Shown: positions 10,291-21,991 of the stretch, one piece after another
Layout: every line of letters begins with the position of its first letter
Position numbering within the stretch: the first letter of the stretch is position 1
DNA from: Nitrososphaerales archaeon
GTDB taxonomy: Archaea > Thermoproteota > Nitrososphaeria > Nitrososphaerales > UBA213
NCBI GenBank assembly: GCA_965197925.1
Contig: CBDAOC010000020.1
Span: forward strand, 96,001-160,000
Length of the DNA stretch: 64,000 bases
Reading direction: 5' to 3'
Translations under genes and position numbers: made by a program
Notes under the pieces: model-generated
The model's input: the letters and a program-made list of their open reading frames with translations, nothing else
The model's database searches: none
What the model was told of the DNA's origin: nothing

Positions 10291-12732
10291 GTGGTAAATC
10301 GATTTATTAGTCTACTCCTTGCTACACTGCTGACATGGAGTATAGTTACTGTACACGCTCAGGAAGAGGTGCAGACAGCAATTTTTCTGGAAAAAGTACC
10401 TGAAAGAGCATATGCTGGTGATAGTATAATATTCAGTGGAAGATTAGTAAGATCGGATAATGGAAAAGGAATAGCGAAAGCTCCTATAACTTTGAAGAAT
10501 GAGAATATAGCGGTTGGTGGAAATACGATTATAACGGGCCTCACTGATGATAGTGGAAGATTCAGCATAGAATGGGTTCCTAAATCCAAGGATGATGATA
10601 CCTTCATACTTTATGCAAATTACATGGGAAGTGCTCTTTATTCTAATTCCCAAAGTGAAAAGTATTCCATTAAGGTTGAAAGAATTCATCTAGTGGTTAA
10701 TACCAATAAGGAAAAATACAATTACGGCGATGATTTGATTATATTTGGAAAGGGTAGACCTAATGACGAGCTTTCTGTTTTTTTGACAAATAATATAAAA
10801 TCTGTTCTCTTAAGCACTATGATAACCGTCGATGAAATGGGGAACTTCAATTCTACTTTAATGAAGTGGGAGAGGGATGAATATGAAGAGTGGAATGATT
10901 CTTATTATTCAGATTGGGATAATCCATACTATTCAGGGGCATATCTTATTTATGTCAGGTCTACTATAGATCGTCATACTTACGAGAGAGTAATTATTCA
11001 ATTCGAGAAACAAATAATCCCACTCCCTATCAGTACCCAAACCATCCTAACCCTGGAACCTCTTCCTGCCAATGCCACCTATAATGATAATCAACTCTTC
11101 ACGGGCCAGCTTACAACAGCAACAGGTTTGCCGATCATGGATGCGACCATCTTGATAAAGCATAGAAACGAGACAAAAGATAAGGTAATAGCTAGGGGCA
11201 TAACTTCTGATGGTGGAATATTCATCATCTACTGGAAGGCTCTACAGGTTGACTCGGACATCTTATCACTTCACGGAGGCTTTGAAGGCGGTAATGGGTT
11301 TCTTCCATCAACAAGTGAGGAATTCAACATTACCTTCAAGCCTCGAACCCTAACAATGGAGCTCAATAAGGTCAAATTTGGACCCAATGATCCCCTGATT
11401 GTATCTGGAATAGGCCCGAAGGAAAGGTTGAATATCAAGTTGATCGATCCCGAGGGCAATCCTGCTGTTACCGATAGCATACTCGTTCCTCCCAACGAAG
11501 GTTATGAAAAAACACTTATGCACTGGACCAGGTCCTCTTACTTATTCCCCGAGGGTCAGTATTCTGTGACGGTTGAGACAGAAAACTCTCCCGTACTTAC
11601 TGCTTCCATGCCTCTTTATTTCGAAGAACCAAAACCATTATCCCAATACAAGATAGCAGGCACTATCTTCTATAAGGATCAAGATGGTACTAGACATGCT
11701 CTTGAGGGAGCAAAGGTAACTATGACCAGTCCGTATGGAGAGATAGAGTCCTACACTGATCGCTTTGGATACTACACCTTCAAGGATCTGCATTCAATAG
11801 TTGAAAATTTGGGCAAGACATATTCACTTGAAGTTGAGCTTGATGGCAAGTATTTCAAATTGATAGATGCTACAATCTCACAAGTAGTATCAAAGAGAAG
11901 CGGTCCTATCAAGTTTGATGGCAGCCTGCAGGATATATCCCTGGAGCCTATATTTTTTTCAGATAAATCAGAAGCAGCAGCCGCAAGAATATTTGCTTTA
12001 CAGAATGATGTTGTAAGGTTCTATACTGATGTTCTAGGTCTACAACCAAAGAAGATAGACATCGAGATATTCAGTGAGAAGACACCTAAGGGTAAGTATG
12101 GATACGAAACTGATAGAAAGATCCCAAAGATCTGGATAGGCAAGGGAACAAGCTCTCCTAGAAATCCATACACATGGGACACCCTAACACATGAATATAC
12201 CCATTATATGCAGGGCCAGTATGCCAGCGTGGATCATTACTATGATATGAATCATGGCGGCTTCAGCAATCCAACAACTGCAGATTCAATGGTTGAAGGA
12301 TTTGCAAATTTCATGTCAGCGATCATCTCCCAACACTACGCGAAGGAGCAGGCAGGGAAGTTCTTAAAATACGATCTAGAGCACAACTTCAAAGTAGATT
12401 CTGTAAAATTTCTCTCAGAGGAGTTGGCGGCAGCTGGCATCTTTTGGGATATTTATGATGAAGGTATGAATGGCGAAGATGGTGATAAAATTTCTCTACC
12501 AATTGAGGATATATGGAAAATAATGATTGCAGAATATCAGTTCCCTTCATATCATGAGGACTCTGGATTTGATGCCATGAAGCGCAATGTATACTATCTT
12601 AAGGATCTACATTACATCCTTACCAAAGGAGAATATACCATGAAATTGGATGAGGGGGTCGTAGAAGAGCTCTTCCGAAGCCATGGATTATTTGATGGCT
12701 TTACAGATCCAGAGAGACCGGGTAGAATTTGA
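10291..12732 (+). CDS. Large secreted protein: repeated Ig-like/beta-sandwich domains plus a C-terminal zinc metallopeptidase
   Basis: Signal peptide, repeated G-L---G--I--A-I...TD--G-F-I-W modules, and HEYTH followed by EGFANF (gluzincin-type). Confidence 0.8.
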   Translation: MVNRFISLLLATLLTWSIVTVHAQEEVQTAIFLEKVPERAYAGDSIIFSGRLVRSDNGKGIAKAPITLKNENIAVGGNTIITGLTDDSGRFSIEWVPKSKDDDTFILYANYMGSALYSNSQSEKYSIKVERIHLVVNTNKEKYNYGDDLIIFGKGRPNDELSVFLTNNIKSVLLSTMITVDEMGNFNSTLMKWERDEYEEWNDSYYSDWDNPYYSGAYLIYVRSTIDRHTYERVIIQFEKQIIPLPISTQTILTLEPLPANATYNDNQLFTGQLTTATGLPIMDATILIKHRNETKDKVIARGITSDGGIFIIYWKALQVDSDILSLHGGFEGGNGFLPSTSEEFNITFKPRTLTMELNKVKFGPNDPLIVSGIGPKERLNIKLIDPEGNPAVTDSILVPPNEGYEKTLMHWTRSSYLFPEGQYSVTVETENSPVLTASMPLYFEEPKPLSQYKIAGTIFYKDQDGTRHALEGAKVTMTSPYGEIESYTDRFGYYTFKDLHSIVENLGKTYSLEVELDGKYFKLIDATISQVVSKRSGPIKFDGSLQDISLEPIFFSDKSEAAAARIFALQNDVVRFYTDVLGLQPKKIDIEIFSEKTPKGKYGYETDRKIPKIWIGKGTSSPRNPYTWDTLTHEYTHYMQGQYASVDHYYDMNHGGFSNPTTADSMVEGFANFMSAIISQHYAKEQAGKFLKYDLEHNFKVDSVKFLSEELAAAGIFWDIYDEGMNGEDGDKISLPIEDIWKIMIAEYQFPSYHEDSGFDAMKRNVYYLKDLHYILTKGEYTMKLDEGVVEELFRSHGLFDGFTDPERPGRI

Positions 12733-13006
12733 TAGTAAACAAGAAATCGGGTGGCATTTTCACACTATAATATCATTGATATACTTTTTCTACTTATTTT
12801 CTTTAATCTGGTCTTTCGTGCTAGCCTGTAACCTAGTACGCTGGAATTATAATAAGACATGAAAATGAATCAATATTCCCTAATTCAATTGTCATGAATC
12901 AAATTGAACTAAGACATATTATATTAATTTATGGTACTTCATGGATAATTGTGTAAGCAACAAGTTATCAACATTTTTCCGCGCATTCTTGACCAATTTC
13001 GAACAA

Positions 13007-13807
13007 TTATTCTTCTTCCCATAATCGTTTTAATTTCATTGCTGATCTCTTAGCATCACTTTTGCTTGTAAACACTTCCAGCGTGATTGTACGTTCATAT
13101 CCAATTTTTTTGAGCGCTTTTACCACTTTTTCATGCTCTATCAAACCCTTTCCAACAGGCAAGTGTTCATCAAATTCTCCATTATTGTCATGCCAATGTA
13201 TGTGTGCGATCTTGTCATTGAAGGTACTAATATAATCAAGGATCGATTTCATACCTCCAGAAGTAAAAGCATGCGGGATATCCAAATGCACTTGAAGGTC
13301 GGGAACATTTCTTAATATATACTTGAATTCACCCAATAAATGTACAGAACTACTACTTTTGGGCATATTTTCTAACATGACTTGTAAATCCAAATCTTTG
13401 GCATAAGAAACAATCTCCTGTAAACTACTTATCCAATTATCCAGAATTATTTTCCGCTTTTTACCAAAAAACTTTCCATTTGCATTGGCATGAAAATTAA
13501 TCAAGGTTAAACCAAGCTTCTTTGCAACCAGTAGGGTTTTCTTTAACTCTACAACCCAACCATGACGAACGTATTCATAATCCGATCCAAGATCGACCCA
13601 TGGAGATGTATGTCCAGGTGGTTTTTCATTGGAATCATTCAACAATTTTACTATTTTGAGATGTTTTCTTTGCAGAATATCTGGAGCACCTTCAGGTGGC
13701 TCGATTCCTATCTCTGAATAATCAAAACCCATTCCTAGAATAGTTCTGATCTCTTCAAGAATTTCAATTGAGGGATGTGTGAGCAAACCAAATCTAGGTA
13801 AAGGCAT
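13007..13807 (-). CDS. Sugar phosphate isomerase/epimerase (xylose-isomerase-like TIM barrel)
   Basis: LENM, LDIPH, HIHWHDN, DEHLPVGKG and TLEV metal-binding motifs. Confidence 0.85.
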   Translation of the reverse strand: MPLPRFGLLTHPSIEILEEIRTILGMGFDYSEIGIEPPEGAPDILQRKHLKIVKLLNDSNEKPPGHTSPWVDLGSDYEYVRHGWVVELKKTLLVAKKLGLTLINFHANANGKFFGKKRKIILDNWISSLQEIVSYAKDLDLQVMLENMPKSSSSVHLLGEFKYILRNVPDLQVHLDIPHAFTSGGMKSILDYISTFNDKIAHIHWHDNNGEFDEHLPVGKGLIEHEKVVKALKKIGYERTITLEVFTSKSDAKRSAMKLKRLWEEE

Positions 13808-13911
13808 TCAATCAGTTTGAAAATTAATGGCTCTTATAGTTATCTGAAACCTAGGGGTTAATTAGATATGACTTATTACATTGTAATTGACGGTTTATCG
13901 CATCTAGAAAT

Positions 13912-14340
13912 TTAATTCAAATAAGATTTTATGGTATCCAGTGCTTTAACGATCGAGTCAATTCTAGGAAGCTGAATCATCAAGATATTCGCAGCAGCCT
14001 GACCAAGTGAGGCCGGAAGCAGTCCTATAATACCACACTTTGCCAGGTTTTCAAAAAAATCTAAATCCGTGTTTGCAAAGAGAAGCACCTTCTGCTCTAT
14101 ACCAGCAGCTGATGACTTTAGCAGTATTTCCACAAATACATGTTTCTTGTCGTCGTGTAGAATATTCAGGTTGGAATCTACTGCGAGGCTTTTTCCATAA
14201 AACGCCTTGACAATTTCATCATATCTGTCATTCTTCAGTAAAACACAAGGTATCTTCATCTTGTTGTAATCAAGCAAAGAAGTTCCTTCTTTATGCACTG
14301 AATTCAACAAGGCTTCAAATGAGTAAGATGTTGGATCCAT
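13912..14340 (-). CDS. Hypothetical protein
   Basis: 142-aa ORF with an ATG start and protein-like composition, co-oriented with its neighbours. Confidence 0.65.
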   Translation of the reverse strand: MDPTSYSFEALLNSVHKEGTSLLDYNKMKIPCVLLKNDRYDEIVKAFYGKSLAVDSNLNILHDDKKHVFVEILLKSSAAGIEQKVLLFANTDLDFFENLAKCGIIGLLPASLGQAAANILMIQLPRIDSIVKALDTIKSYLN

Positions 14341-14488
14341 AATCTTGTTTTACATACTTCAAATAAAAATCTGTTCTCTAACACATTAGAAAAGTATTTT
14401 TTAATTACCACCTTGTTTAATCCCCCTCCAAAGGTTTATCATCTTGAATTGATCGAGCCAAAAGTGGGAATTTGCTATAAGACCTAGA

Positions 14489-15301
14489 TTACTCATAAGA
14501 TCTTTTCATAATGCCAAGAAGGAGTCCTATATTGCTTGAATCTCCTCCAGTTACAACCACCATTTTCTTCTCCCTACCGATCTCTGTCCATGTCTGCAAT
14601 TCTCTCAAACGCATCGCCGCATTATTTCTTTTATAGAAATTTGCAGCCTGTGACATCTTCTCGGCTGCTTTTAGTTCACCTTCGGCTATTATTATTCTAC
14701 CCCTTTTCTCCCGCTCAGATTCTGCCTGTTTTGCAATGGCCCTATGCATATTTTCTGGTAACGATATATCCTTTATTGCAACCGATGTTACCTTTATCCC
14801 CCAGGGGCTTGTTGCCGTTTCTAGAATATTTTGCAATCTTTCGTTAAGCTCATCTCTCTTTGAAAGTATGTCATCAAAATTGACTTGGCCTAGTATGTCT
14901 CTAAGAGTAGTCTGTGCCAGCATGCTCGATGCCAGGAGGTAATTGTGTACCCTCACGACGGCATTTGTGGGTTCATGGACCCGTAGATACACTACGGCAT
15001 CTACATCAACGGTGACATTGTCAAGTGTTATTATCTTCTGCCTTACAACGTCAAGGGTGACTACCCTTAAATCGACCATCATCGCTTTGTCGAAGATAGG
15101 TATAAGGAGTATCAAACCAGGTCCTTTTGCACCAATCAACCTTCCGAGCCTAAAGACTACTGCTCTCTCATACTCCCTTACCACCCGTATAGAAGATGCG
15201 AGGATTATCAGTATGATGATCGCCATAATCACTATTCCGACAATTCCGGCTATTCCCAACTGCAACTGGAGAGCCGTTATTTCCAATAAGGTGTTATACA
15301 T
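14489..15301 (-). CDS. SPFH/stomatin (slipin) family membrane protein
   Basis: TM helix, then EYERAVVFRLGR, GPGL, AQTTLR, WGIKV, AESEREKR and LRELQT. Start placed at the ATG at 15301. Confidence 0.92.
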   Translation of the reverse strand: MYNTLLEITALQLQLGIAGIVGIVIMAIIILIILASSIRVVREYERAVVFRLGRLIGAKGPGLILLIPIFDKAMMVDLRVVTLDVVRQKIITLDNVTVDVDAVVYLRVHEPTNAVVRVHNYLLASSMLAQTTLRDILGQVNFDDILSKRDELNERLQNILETATSPWGIKVTSVAIKDISLPENMHRAIAKQAESEREKRGRIIIAEGELKAAEKMSQAANFYKRNNAAMRLRELQTWTEIGREKKMVVVTGGDSSNIGLLLGIMKRSYE

Positions 15302-15431
15302 CGTTCTTTCCTTTAAGGATATTCTGAGTGAGTGAACCAATCGCATCAAATTAAATTACTCCAATTTGAACCCAAATGGTTCGGAAGCAGTCCAGGTTGT
15401 TTCTCCAAATCCACCAAATGTTATTGTAAAT

Positions 15432-15491
15432 GTACAAATCTATGCGCCATAATGGGGAAAGGTACAAATCTATGCGCCATAATGGGGAAAG
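15432..15491. repeat. Perfect 30-bp tandem duplication
   Basis: GTACAAATCTATGCGCCATAATGGGGAAAG occurs twice in tandem. Confidence 0.9.
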
Positions 15492-15539
15492 CATATTTTG
15501 TTCAAACGGGATCTATCCTGGTACCTTTAACCTTAAAGA

Positions 15540-16445
15540 TCAATTATTGTTCACATCGGTTAGTTTGTTGGATTGAATCAATTCCTTCTGATTTTCAAAC
15601 TGAAGCGTACTATGACCTATACCGAACTTTGTCCTTAACATGTTATTTATTCTAAATAGTATCACTTGGGACTGGCTTAGCATCTGATCCATTACTACAA
15701 TATGTCCGCTCATTGCATTCATACCCGATGTTATAGTCCATACATGAAGATCGTGGACTTCCTCCACTCCTTCAATCCCCTCAATTTCGTTCTTGACCTT
15801 CATTACATCTATTCTTTTGGCGTGCCTTCAAGAAATATTCTTACACAGTCCTTGCAGAGCTTGATCGCATTTCTGAGGATAAGAGATCCAATGAAGACTC
15901 CCACAAGAGGATCAATTAAATTAATGGAAGTGAATGCAATTGCAACCCCTCTCCGCAATAACACCAACAGAAGCCAAGGTATCACCCACTATGTGAAGAA
16001 ATACACCTCTAACATTCAAGCTTTCATTACTGTGTTTCGCAAGAATCTTTATCATCACCAAATTGGCTACCAATCCAACACTCGCAAAGATTATCATCAT
16101 ATCAAAGGATACTTGCGGAGGTTCATAGAATCTCCTATATGCTTCATAAAAAATAAAGGCTGAAACACCTATCAAAGTTGCACCATTAACAAAAGCAGCA
16201 AGAATCTCCACTCTATGGTAACCGTAAGTAAGGGTTGGTGTGTGTTGTCTGCCCGCCATCTTTAGGGCAAACAATGCTATTCCCAACGAAAGTGCATCGA
16301 TGAAAACATGACCAGCATCACTTAATAAAGCCAAACTGTTACTCCAGACTCCTCCAACTAACTCCAATAGTGCAACTGTTAGTGCTATAGTAAATCCAAT
16401 CTTTAGCGTTTGTAATGCCTTTGGATGATGAGTGGATTCATTCAC
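15540..16445 (-). pseudogene. Cation diffusion facilitator (CzcD/ZitB-like), frameshifted
   Basis: The N-terminal part has SLALLSDAGH, TYGYHRVEILAA and LHIVGD. The C-terminal part (VHDLHVWTIT, HSTLQFE) lies in another frame, with breaks near 15950 and 15810. Confidence 0.88.
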
Positions 16446-16730
16446 TAATATGATCTCGGCTCTACTGTCTTATTTGTGTTATAATCTTATGTTGAACACT
16501 TCACTTTTCCCCAAATAAATCACTCTGAAATCTAATTACATTAGCTATGGAATTTTAACTAATCAACACACATTCTCAAAGATTTTATGAATGGTCTGCT
16601 AATACAGGGTTTAACGCTATTTAACAATTCAGGTATATTTTGTTAAATCGTATTATTACCTAAAATTTGGAAAACATCTCCGGTAACACAGTCATTTCCT
16701 TTAGGATATCATGACCATATTTCCATATTA

Positions 16731-18227
16731 TCAAGTATTCTGTATCATTTCGTTAGAATTCATTATGATTTTATTTAATCTCGGAATTAGTCTTGTAGCA
16801 AAAATAAGAGATACGGCGGTTGCAAAAATAGCTAGAGTAAGTATGGAAAACTCTGGCACAACTTGTGTCCCGATCATTGTAATATCATACACACCTTCTC
16901 CATAAATCAAATCAATACTAGTCTCACCATTTGTTTTATCTTCAACGAGCATAACATCATCCATAGGTTTCCCGTCTATTGTTACTGTATAGGGACCTTC
17001 CAACACTTTGCCAATGTATAAAGTTGTAAAACCTTCACTTCCTTCTTTTGCCTCTACTTTGAATGATATCTGTTTGTTTTCTTCACTAAAAGTAAAGTCA
17101 CTTGTGGTTGAATCGCTAACAATCTCTACATCATATTGTCTGTTGTCAACCATAACTTGCTCCTTGCTTAGTGTCATACCAAACAAATGAGCTAGACCAG
17201 GATTAGAAAGGTCGATCGTATTTTCAATTTTTAAGGTTTCGAGTGATTCTTCAAATTTTGCAATGTGGCTATCATAAACATTCTCAGAACTTGCACTATA
17301 TGTTACACAAATAACTTTTTCTTCAGTTGCCAAGGCCAGTCCCTTCATCTTCATAGACAACATCATTTCCGTTTCTTCGCATTCCATCAGAAATTCGCCA
17401 GCCTTCATATCATTTAGATTTATGATTGCAAAAGGTGTTGGCATAACACATCCAGTTTCATCAGTAGGTCTACTCCAACCTTCTAGAGAGCTCAATTCCG
17501 ACAAGTCTCCCACAAATATTTCCATATACACGACATCTACCTCACCGGTAAGCTTGTAGGTGATACCCGGACTCACCAGTAGAGTCTTGTTATCTCCATA
17601 AGTTTCAATACCACTCCATCAGTCAGGAAGATCAATCTGTAATCCCGCATCAGGAACTAAGTATTTACCGCTAATTATCTTCGTCGGTAGTATTTCAAAT
17701 GATTCTAACATGTTCTGCGCTGTTTCCAAGTAATTGTCGTATGTATGAGGTTCCGCGTAATATCCAACTAAATAAGCTATATCATTCTTTATCGTCCAGA
17801 CCTCCATCCCTTTTGAAGGTTCGTCAAATTCCTGGAGAATGCCAGTGTATACTATTTTATGGGCTGGGCTACCCGCTAGTGAAGTTAGGCCTGACTCTAA
17901 AATTGTAAAATCTGTGTGTAACAACTTTAACAGATCAATTTGACTTTGAGTATATTCATCTAGTGTTAAACCCTCTGGTACAGGTTCTAATACGACGTCG
18001 ATACCCTCAATGTAAGTATCTGAATTATTTTCTGGTGGAGAGTCAAACGAAACCACAAAGTCAAATTCAGTAGGCATTTCTATTACTTCCCAATTGTAAG
18101 GATACATGATTGTAATTCCGTTAACAAGATCTTCATATATAGAAAAATCCTGTTGTGCATTCACTACTCCTACATTGGTTGTTGCTAACAGACAAACTGA
18201 TATCAGTAGTACTATCAATCCTTTCAT
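16731..18227 (-). pseudogene. Secreted PsbP-like domain protein with a PEF-CTERM sorting signal, broken by one in-frame TGA
   Basis: ORFs 17619-18227 and 16731-17576 are in frame (LPD*WSG). The C-terminus is VPEFS followed by a TM helix and basic residues. Confidence 0.82.
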
Positions 18228-18548
18228 ATTAGTATTACTTACCGTAACCCCATATCCCTTAGCAATTAGACTGTTAAAGAAGTATTTAACTTGATCATAA
18301 GATTGAATGTTTGTTGTACCACATTAAAAATAGAAAAAGTGGGTTTTGTTTCTCAACTAATTGGAATCTTCACAGTATACCAATATCTCACCGTTCTGAC
18401 TTGTTTGTCAAGAAAATTCAGGTAAGAACCAGACCGACTTTTTGAAACCATAACTAAAGCTATCTCGGTGGTATCAGTGACAATAAAGGTTTGCAAGAAG
18501 GGTTTTTCTATACCATGGTGCAATTCAATCTTTGTTTACTTGTTCTTT

Positions 18549-19080
18549 TTAAACGGAGTTATTAATTTGAAACAAGTTGTTCCTTTTTGACTTATGTTTG
18601 ACTATAAGGATCGCAGGGATAATAGGAACCAGCCAAATAAGGTTAATAGGAACAAATGGAATAGTCCAATTTTTTGACATCGTAATGATGGTCCAGTAAA
18701 ATTCGTTGGTAAACGCTTCCACAAAGGCATTAAGACCACTACCAATGATTATAGTGTAACAACCTACCAACCACAACTTGTCCCCGAGTTTTAACTTCTT
18801 TCAACAATACCAGGCCTGTAATGCTGGCTAGTGCCCCACCAGAAAACCAAAATAAGTAAGGCGCAACAGGAAGAGAGTCTATAATTGGCAGTCGATCGCA
18901 AAGGATCAAATTCACCAAATTGCCACCAACTATTTGCCCACCTAAAGCAAAACAAGCTAAAGCATGTCCAGCTTCATGTATGAAGCTTCCAGATACTATC
19001 CACGCTAGTATGATGAATCCAGATGCGATACCCAGCGTTTGATATTCTCTATCCATGAGAGGAGTTCGGAGATGTTGCAA
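18549..19080 (-). pseudogene. Membrane HExxH protein (M50-like), frameshifted
   Basis: IHEAGH lies within hydrophobic segments, and the C-terminus continues in a different frame. Confidence 0.6.
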
Positions 19081-19280
19081 TAAATGTTAGAGTGTAGAAC
19101 CATGTTACAGACTCTGTAGTCCAAAGTCTCCGTAGTTGTTTGAATGCAATTTACTATAGGTTCAAATTTTGAAAGATTAGTACCTGTAGAACGTTTGCCC
19201 GGACAATTCTCTTTGTTTTTAACCTTAACACCACGTTCGTCAAAGCGAAAATGTCTAGTAAGAGATGAAAGATTTTCCTC

Positions 19281-20060
19281 TTAGGTAATTATTATGGAAC
19301 TGATGGATTGACAATGAAAGACCTTCCAGACATAGTGATACAACAAGGCATTGCCAGATGCCTGCAAAGCCCACCCATAGTCATCGTAAGGAAAATGCTT
19401 TCAAAAGCAAAGAATCAGTACTTCACATTCCTCACACCCAACGGAACAAAGAAACTTCTAGCCTATCTTAACGACAGGCTTGTAAGAGGAGAAATCCTGA
19501 TAGGAAATTCAGCAGTGATAGCAGTGGAATCAAAATGCAAATATGGTAGAGGAAGAAACGAAGGAAAAAAATTCCTGCCAACACGACAAATATCTAGAAT
19601 AATCAGAGAAACGTTCAGACCAAGATTTCAATGGAGATCATATGTATTAAGGGCATACTTCTACACAATTGTTAATCGCTGAATCCAGGGGAAAAATTAC
19701 ACATGACTTTCGAGCCTTCTTCATGGGTCACAGGGGAACAATTGAAGCAAAGTATACAACAAATAAGGGAGTTCTACCAGAGACATTAATCAGAGAAATG
19801 CGTGGAGCATTCAAACGCAGTGAAGAATTGCTGGACTTGGAAATAATAGAAAACCCATTGCTAAAGCAAAGGGAGAAAATACAAAAAGAAACAGAAAAAG
19901 CTCCTCCTGAAAAAGTGTAAGAGATATTCAAGATGTTGGGTATCTGCAATTCTTGACTCAGAGAGTAGCATCAAGTGAAGAAGCCGAAAAATTGATTCCA
20001 CAGGGTTGGAATTTTGTCGGTACTTTGCCAAATGGTAAGGTAGTCTTGCAAAGGATTTGA
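19281..20060 (+). pseudogene. Tyrosine recombinase/integrase, N-terminally truncated and frameshifted
   Basis: LGNYYGTDGL, LSKAKNQYFTFL, YVLRAYF, FFMGH..IEAKYT, and a C-terminal EAEKLI..GW.FVGTLPNGKVVL tail. Confidence 0.85.
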
Positions 20061-20074
20061 ACCCTCTGTGTATA

Positions 20075-20099
20075 TGGACTGGGAGGGATTTGAATCCAC
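20075..20099 (-). other. tRNA 3'-end fragment (probably tRNA-Ala); putative att site
   Basis: The minus strand reads ...TTCAAAT-CCCTC-CCAGTCC-A (T-loop, T-stem, acceptor 3' strand with U70 and A73), immediately after the integrase end. Confidence 0.7.
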
Positions 20100-20244
20100 A
20101 GTGGATCCGGACACCTTTAGATATAACATTGCGACAGAAGCTATCGGGGTGGCTACATAGCCCCTATCCAATTTTTTATTTTCTATTTCCTTCTCCTTTA
20201 GGTCTTCAACAAGTTCTAATTCCATTCTTTGGACATTTTTTGAT

Positions 20245-20690
20245 TTGAAGAAATATGCTGAAAAGCTAACTTGGCGGGTAGTTGATATTGGTCTCAGAGG
20301 TAACTCTCAGGGAATGAAAGAACTAATGGGCAAGAAGCCCAAGACAATCATAACTGATGAATTGCCAGCTTATCGTGATGCTTACAAAAAGGAATTCTGG
20401 ACACAACCTAAGGAAACAAGAACCAAACACATACGTCATATCTCTATCAAAGGAGACCACAACAATAACAAAATGGAAAGACTGAACGGTGAGGTTAGAG
20501 ATAGGGAAAAAATTGTCAGTGGATTAAAGAAGAAAGATACCACAATTCTGAAAGGATACCAAATATACCACAACTACATACGAGAGCATGAAGGGCTAAA
20601 TGGAAAGACGCCAGCCGAAGCATGTGGGATTGAGGTCAAGGGAGACAACAAGTAGATAACATTGATACAAAATGCTATACAGAGTTCGGG
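20245..20690 (+). pseudogene. IS6-family (IS240-like DDE) transposase C-terminal fragment
   Basis: PKTIITD.LPAY, NNKMERLNGEVR, IYHNYIR.HEGL.GKTPAEACGI. Confidence 0.85.
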
Positions 20691-20769
20691 TAATCAGTCG
20701 GAGAAGTTATAGAATATAGGTCATCAAGATCCATACAGATTTTAATTTGTTGGATGGTTACTTTGCTCA

Positions 20770-21198
20770 ATGAGGAAGCTAGTGCTATCTGCAATAGTAG
20801 GATTAGCGTTACTGACAGGTACTATATTAGGTTCAACAGACTTGGCAGATGCCGCCAAAGGTGGATTGAAGACATTGGTTGATAGAGTAGCAGCTTTGGA
20901 AGATAGAACACAAGCTAGCATAAAGTATGTAGTTATAGAGGATGATGTCGAGGGGCACGCTCTAGGATGGAATCCTGATGGTGACACTGGTGCATTTACC
21001 ATTATTGATTTAAACGTGAGCCCAGATTCATACATTCTGTTCAAGTTTATCGCTCCAGACGGGCAGCAACAAAGAGTTCCACTTGATTCGTGTCGCTTCC
21101 ATAGTTCCGAAGGTTCATTCATAATTACCTGTGATGACTTTCAGGCAGATCCGGCTGATGGTTCTACACTTGACTATGCTGTAATCAACCCTTCATAG
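20770..21198 (+). CDS. Hypothetical secreted protein
   Basis: Signal peptide, short coiled coil (LVDRVAALE) and a beta-rich C-terminus with GWNPDG. Confidence 0.7.
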   Translation: MRKLVLSAIVGLALLTGTILGSTDLADAAKGGLKTLVDRVAALEDRTQASIKYVVIEDDVEGHALGWNPDGDTGAFTIIDLNVSPDSYILFKFIAPDGQQQRVPLDSCRFHSSEGSFIITCDDFQADPADGSTLDYAVINPS

Positions 21199-21468
21199 GC
21201 ACACCCAAATCCCACCTTTTTCTAACCAAGTTCAACAGTTAACATGAATAACCAATGAGCCGACGGTTTTTTACAGAGTTAAAATCTGACGAGGATGTTA
21301 CAACACTATCAAACGAATTTTTACACCCTAATGAAATAGACATATCAAACATAGAGTTTACAGCACCTTCAAATACGCTAACTTTGACTCCTCCGCTTCT
21401 TAGACTCACTAAAATCAAGCGTCAAACCCAAGACCCATTCGTTAAAGCCTTCCTAGATTCACTATAAC

Positions 21469-21883
21469 ACGTTATTTTTGATGTTATTACGTTATTTGCC
21501 GTTCAACTACGTTATTTCCGTTATTTCCGTTAATTTTTGCTCGCTGAATTCGTGCCTATATACGGCTTGTAAAACTAGTAAAATATCGTAAATAACGTGA
21601 TTTAACGTAAATAACGTGTATAAACCCAAAAATAACGTTTTGATAGAGAAAATAACGTAAATTGGCCCTAATTAACGTGAACTACCAAATAAATAACGTA
21701 AAAATCCCCGTTAATAACGTCACATGGTACTCTAATAACGTATCACTCGATAAAATAACGTAACTTATGACACAAATAATGAATCACTCGATAAAATAAC
21801 GTCAGTTTATCTGCTAATAATGGAATATGTGACACTAATAGCGGAGCACAATAAAATAGCGTACATTGGTCCGTTAATAACGT
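21469..21883. repeat. Phased array of the 8-bp motif AATAACGT in two divergent blocks
   Basis: ACGTTATT at 21469, 21489 and 21509. AATAACGT or 1-2-mismatch variants at 21591, 21610, 21631, 21651, 21671, 21692, 21713, 21734, 21754, 21775, 21795, 21816, 21837, 21855 and 21876. Confidence 0.88.
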
Positions 21884-21991
21884 CATATATGTCACTAAGT
21901 GTTACTAGTGGATTAATAGTGCGCTAATAGTGTCATTAGTAGATTTATAGTGTCATTTGAGCATGAATAGTGCATAATTAGTGCGCGCATG

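Noticed and set aside
14536..15335. Plus-strand ORFs opposite the stomatin gene (and similar antisense ORFs throughout the track)
   Set aside because: They are shadow ORFs of well-supported genes on the other strand and have no motifs of their own.
7431..17621. Stop-codon recoding (Pyl/Sec or readthrough) to explain the in-frame stops
   Set aside because: The stops are of all three types (TAG, TAA, TGA), each is one substitution from a plausible sense codon (for example TGG or GGA), and intact genes end in all three stop codons.
20075..20170. A second complete multi-intron tRNA on the minus strand
   Set aside because: I could not reconstruct a matching 5' acceptor strand, D-arm or anticodon arm. 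Only the 3' fragment is supported.
21591..21883. Mini-CRISPR-like repeat/spacer array
   Set aside because: The 8-bp repeats and 10-13-nt linkers are far too short. The pattern fits phased protein-binding sites better.
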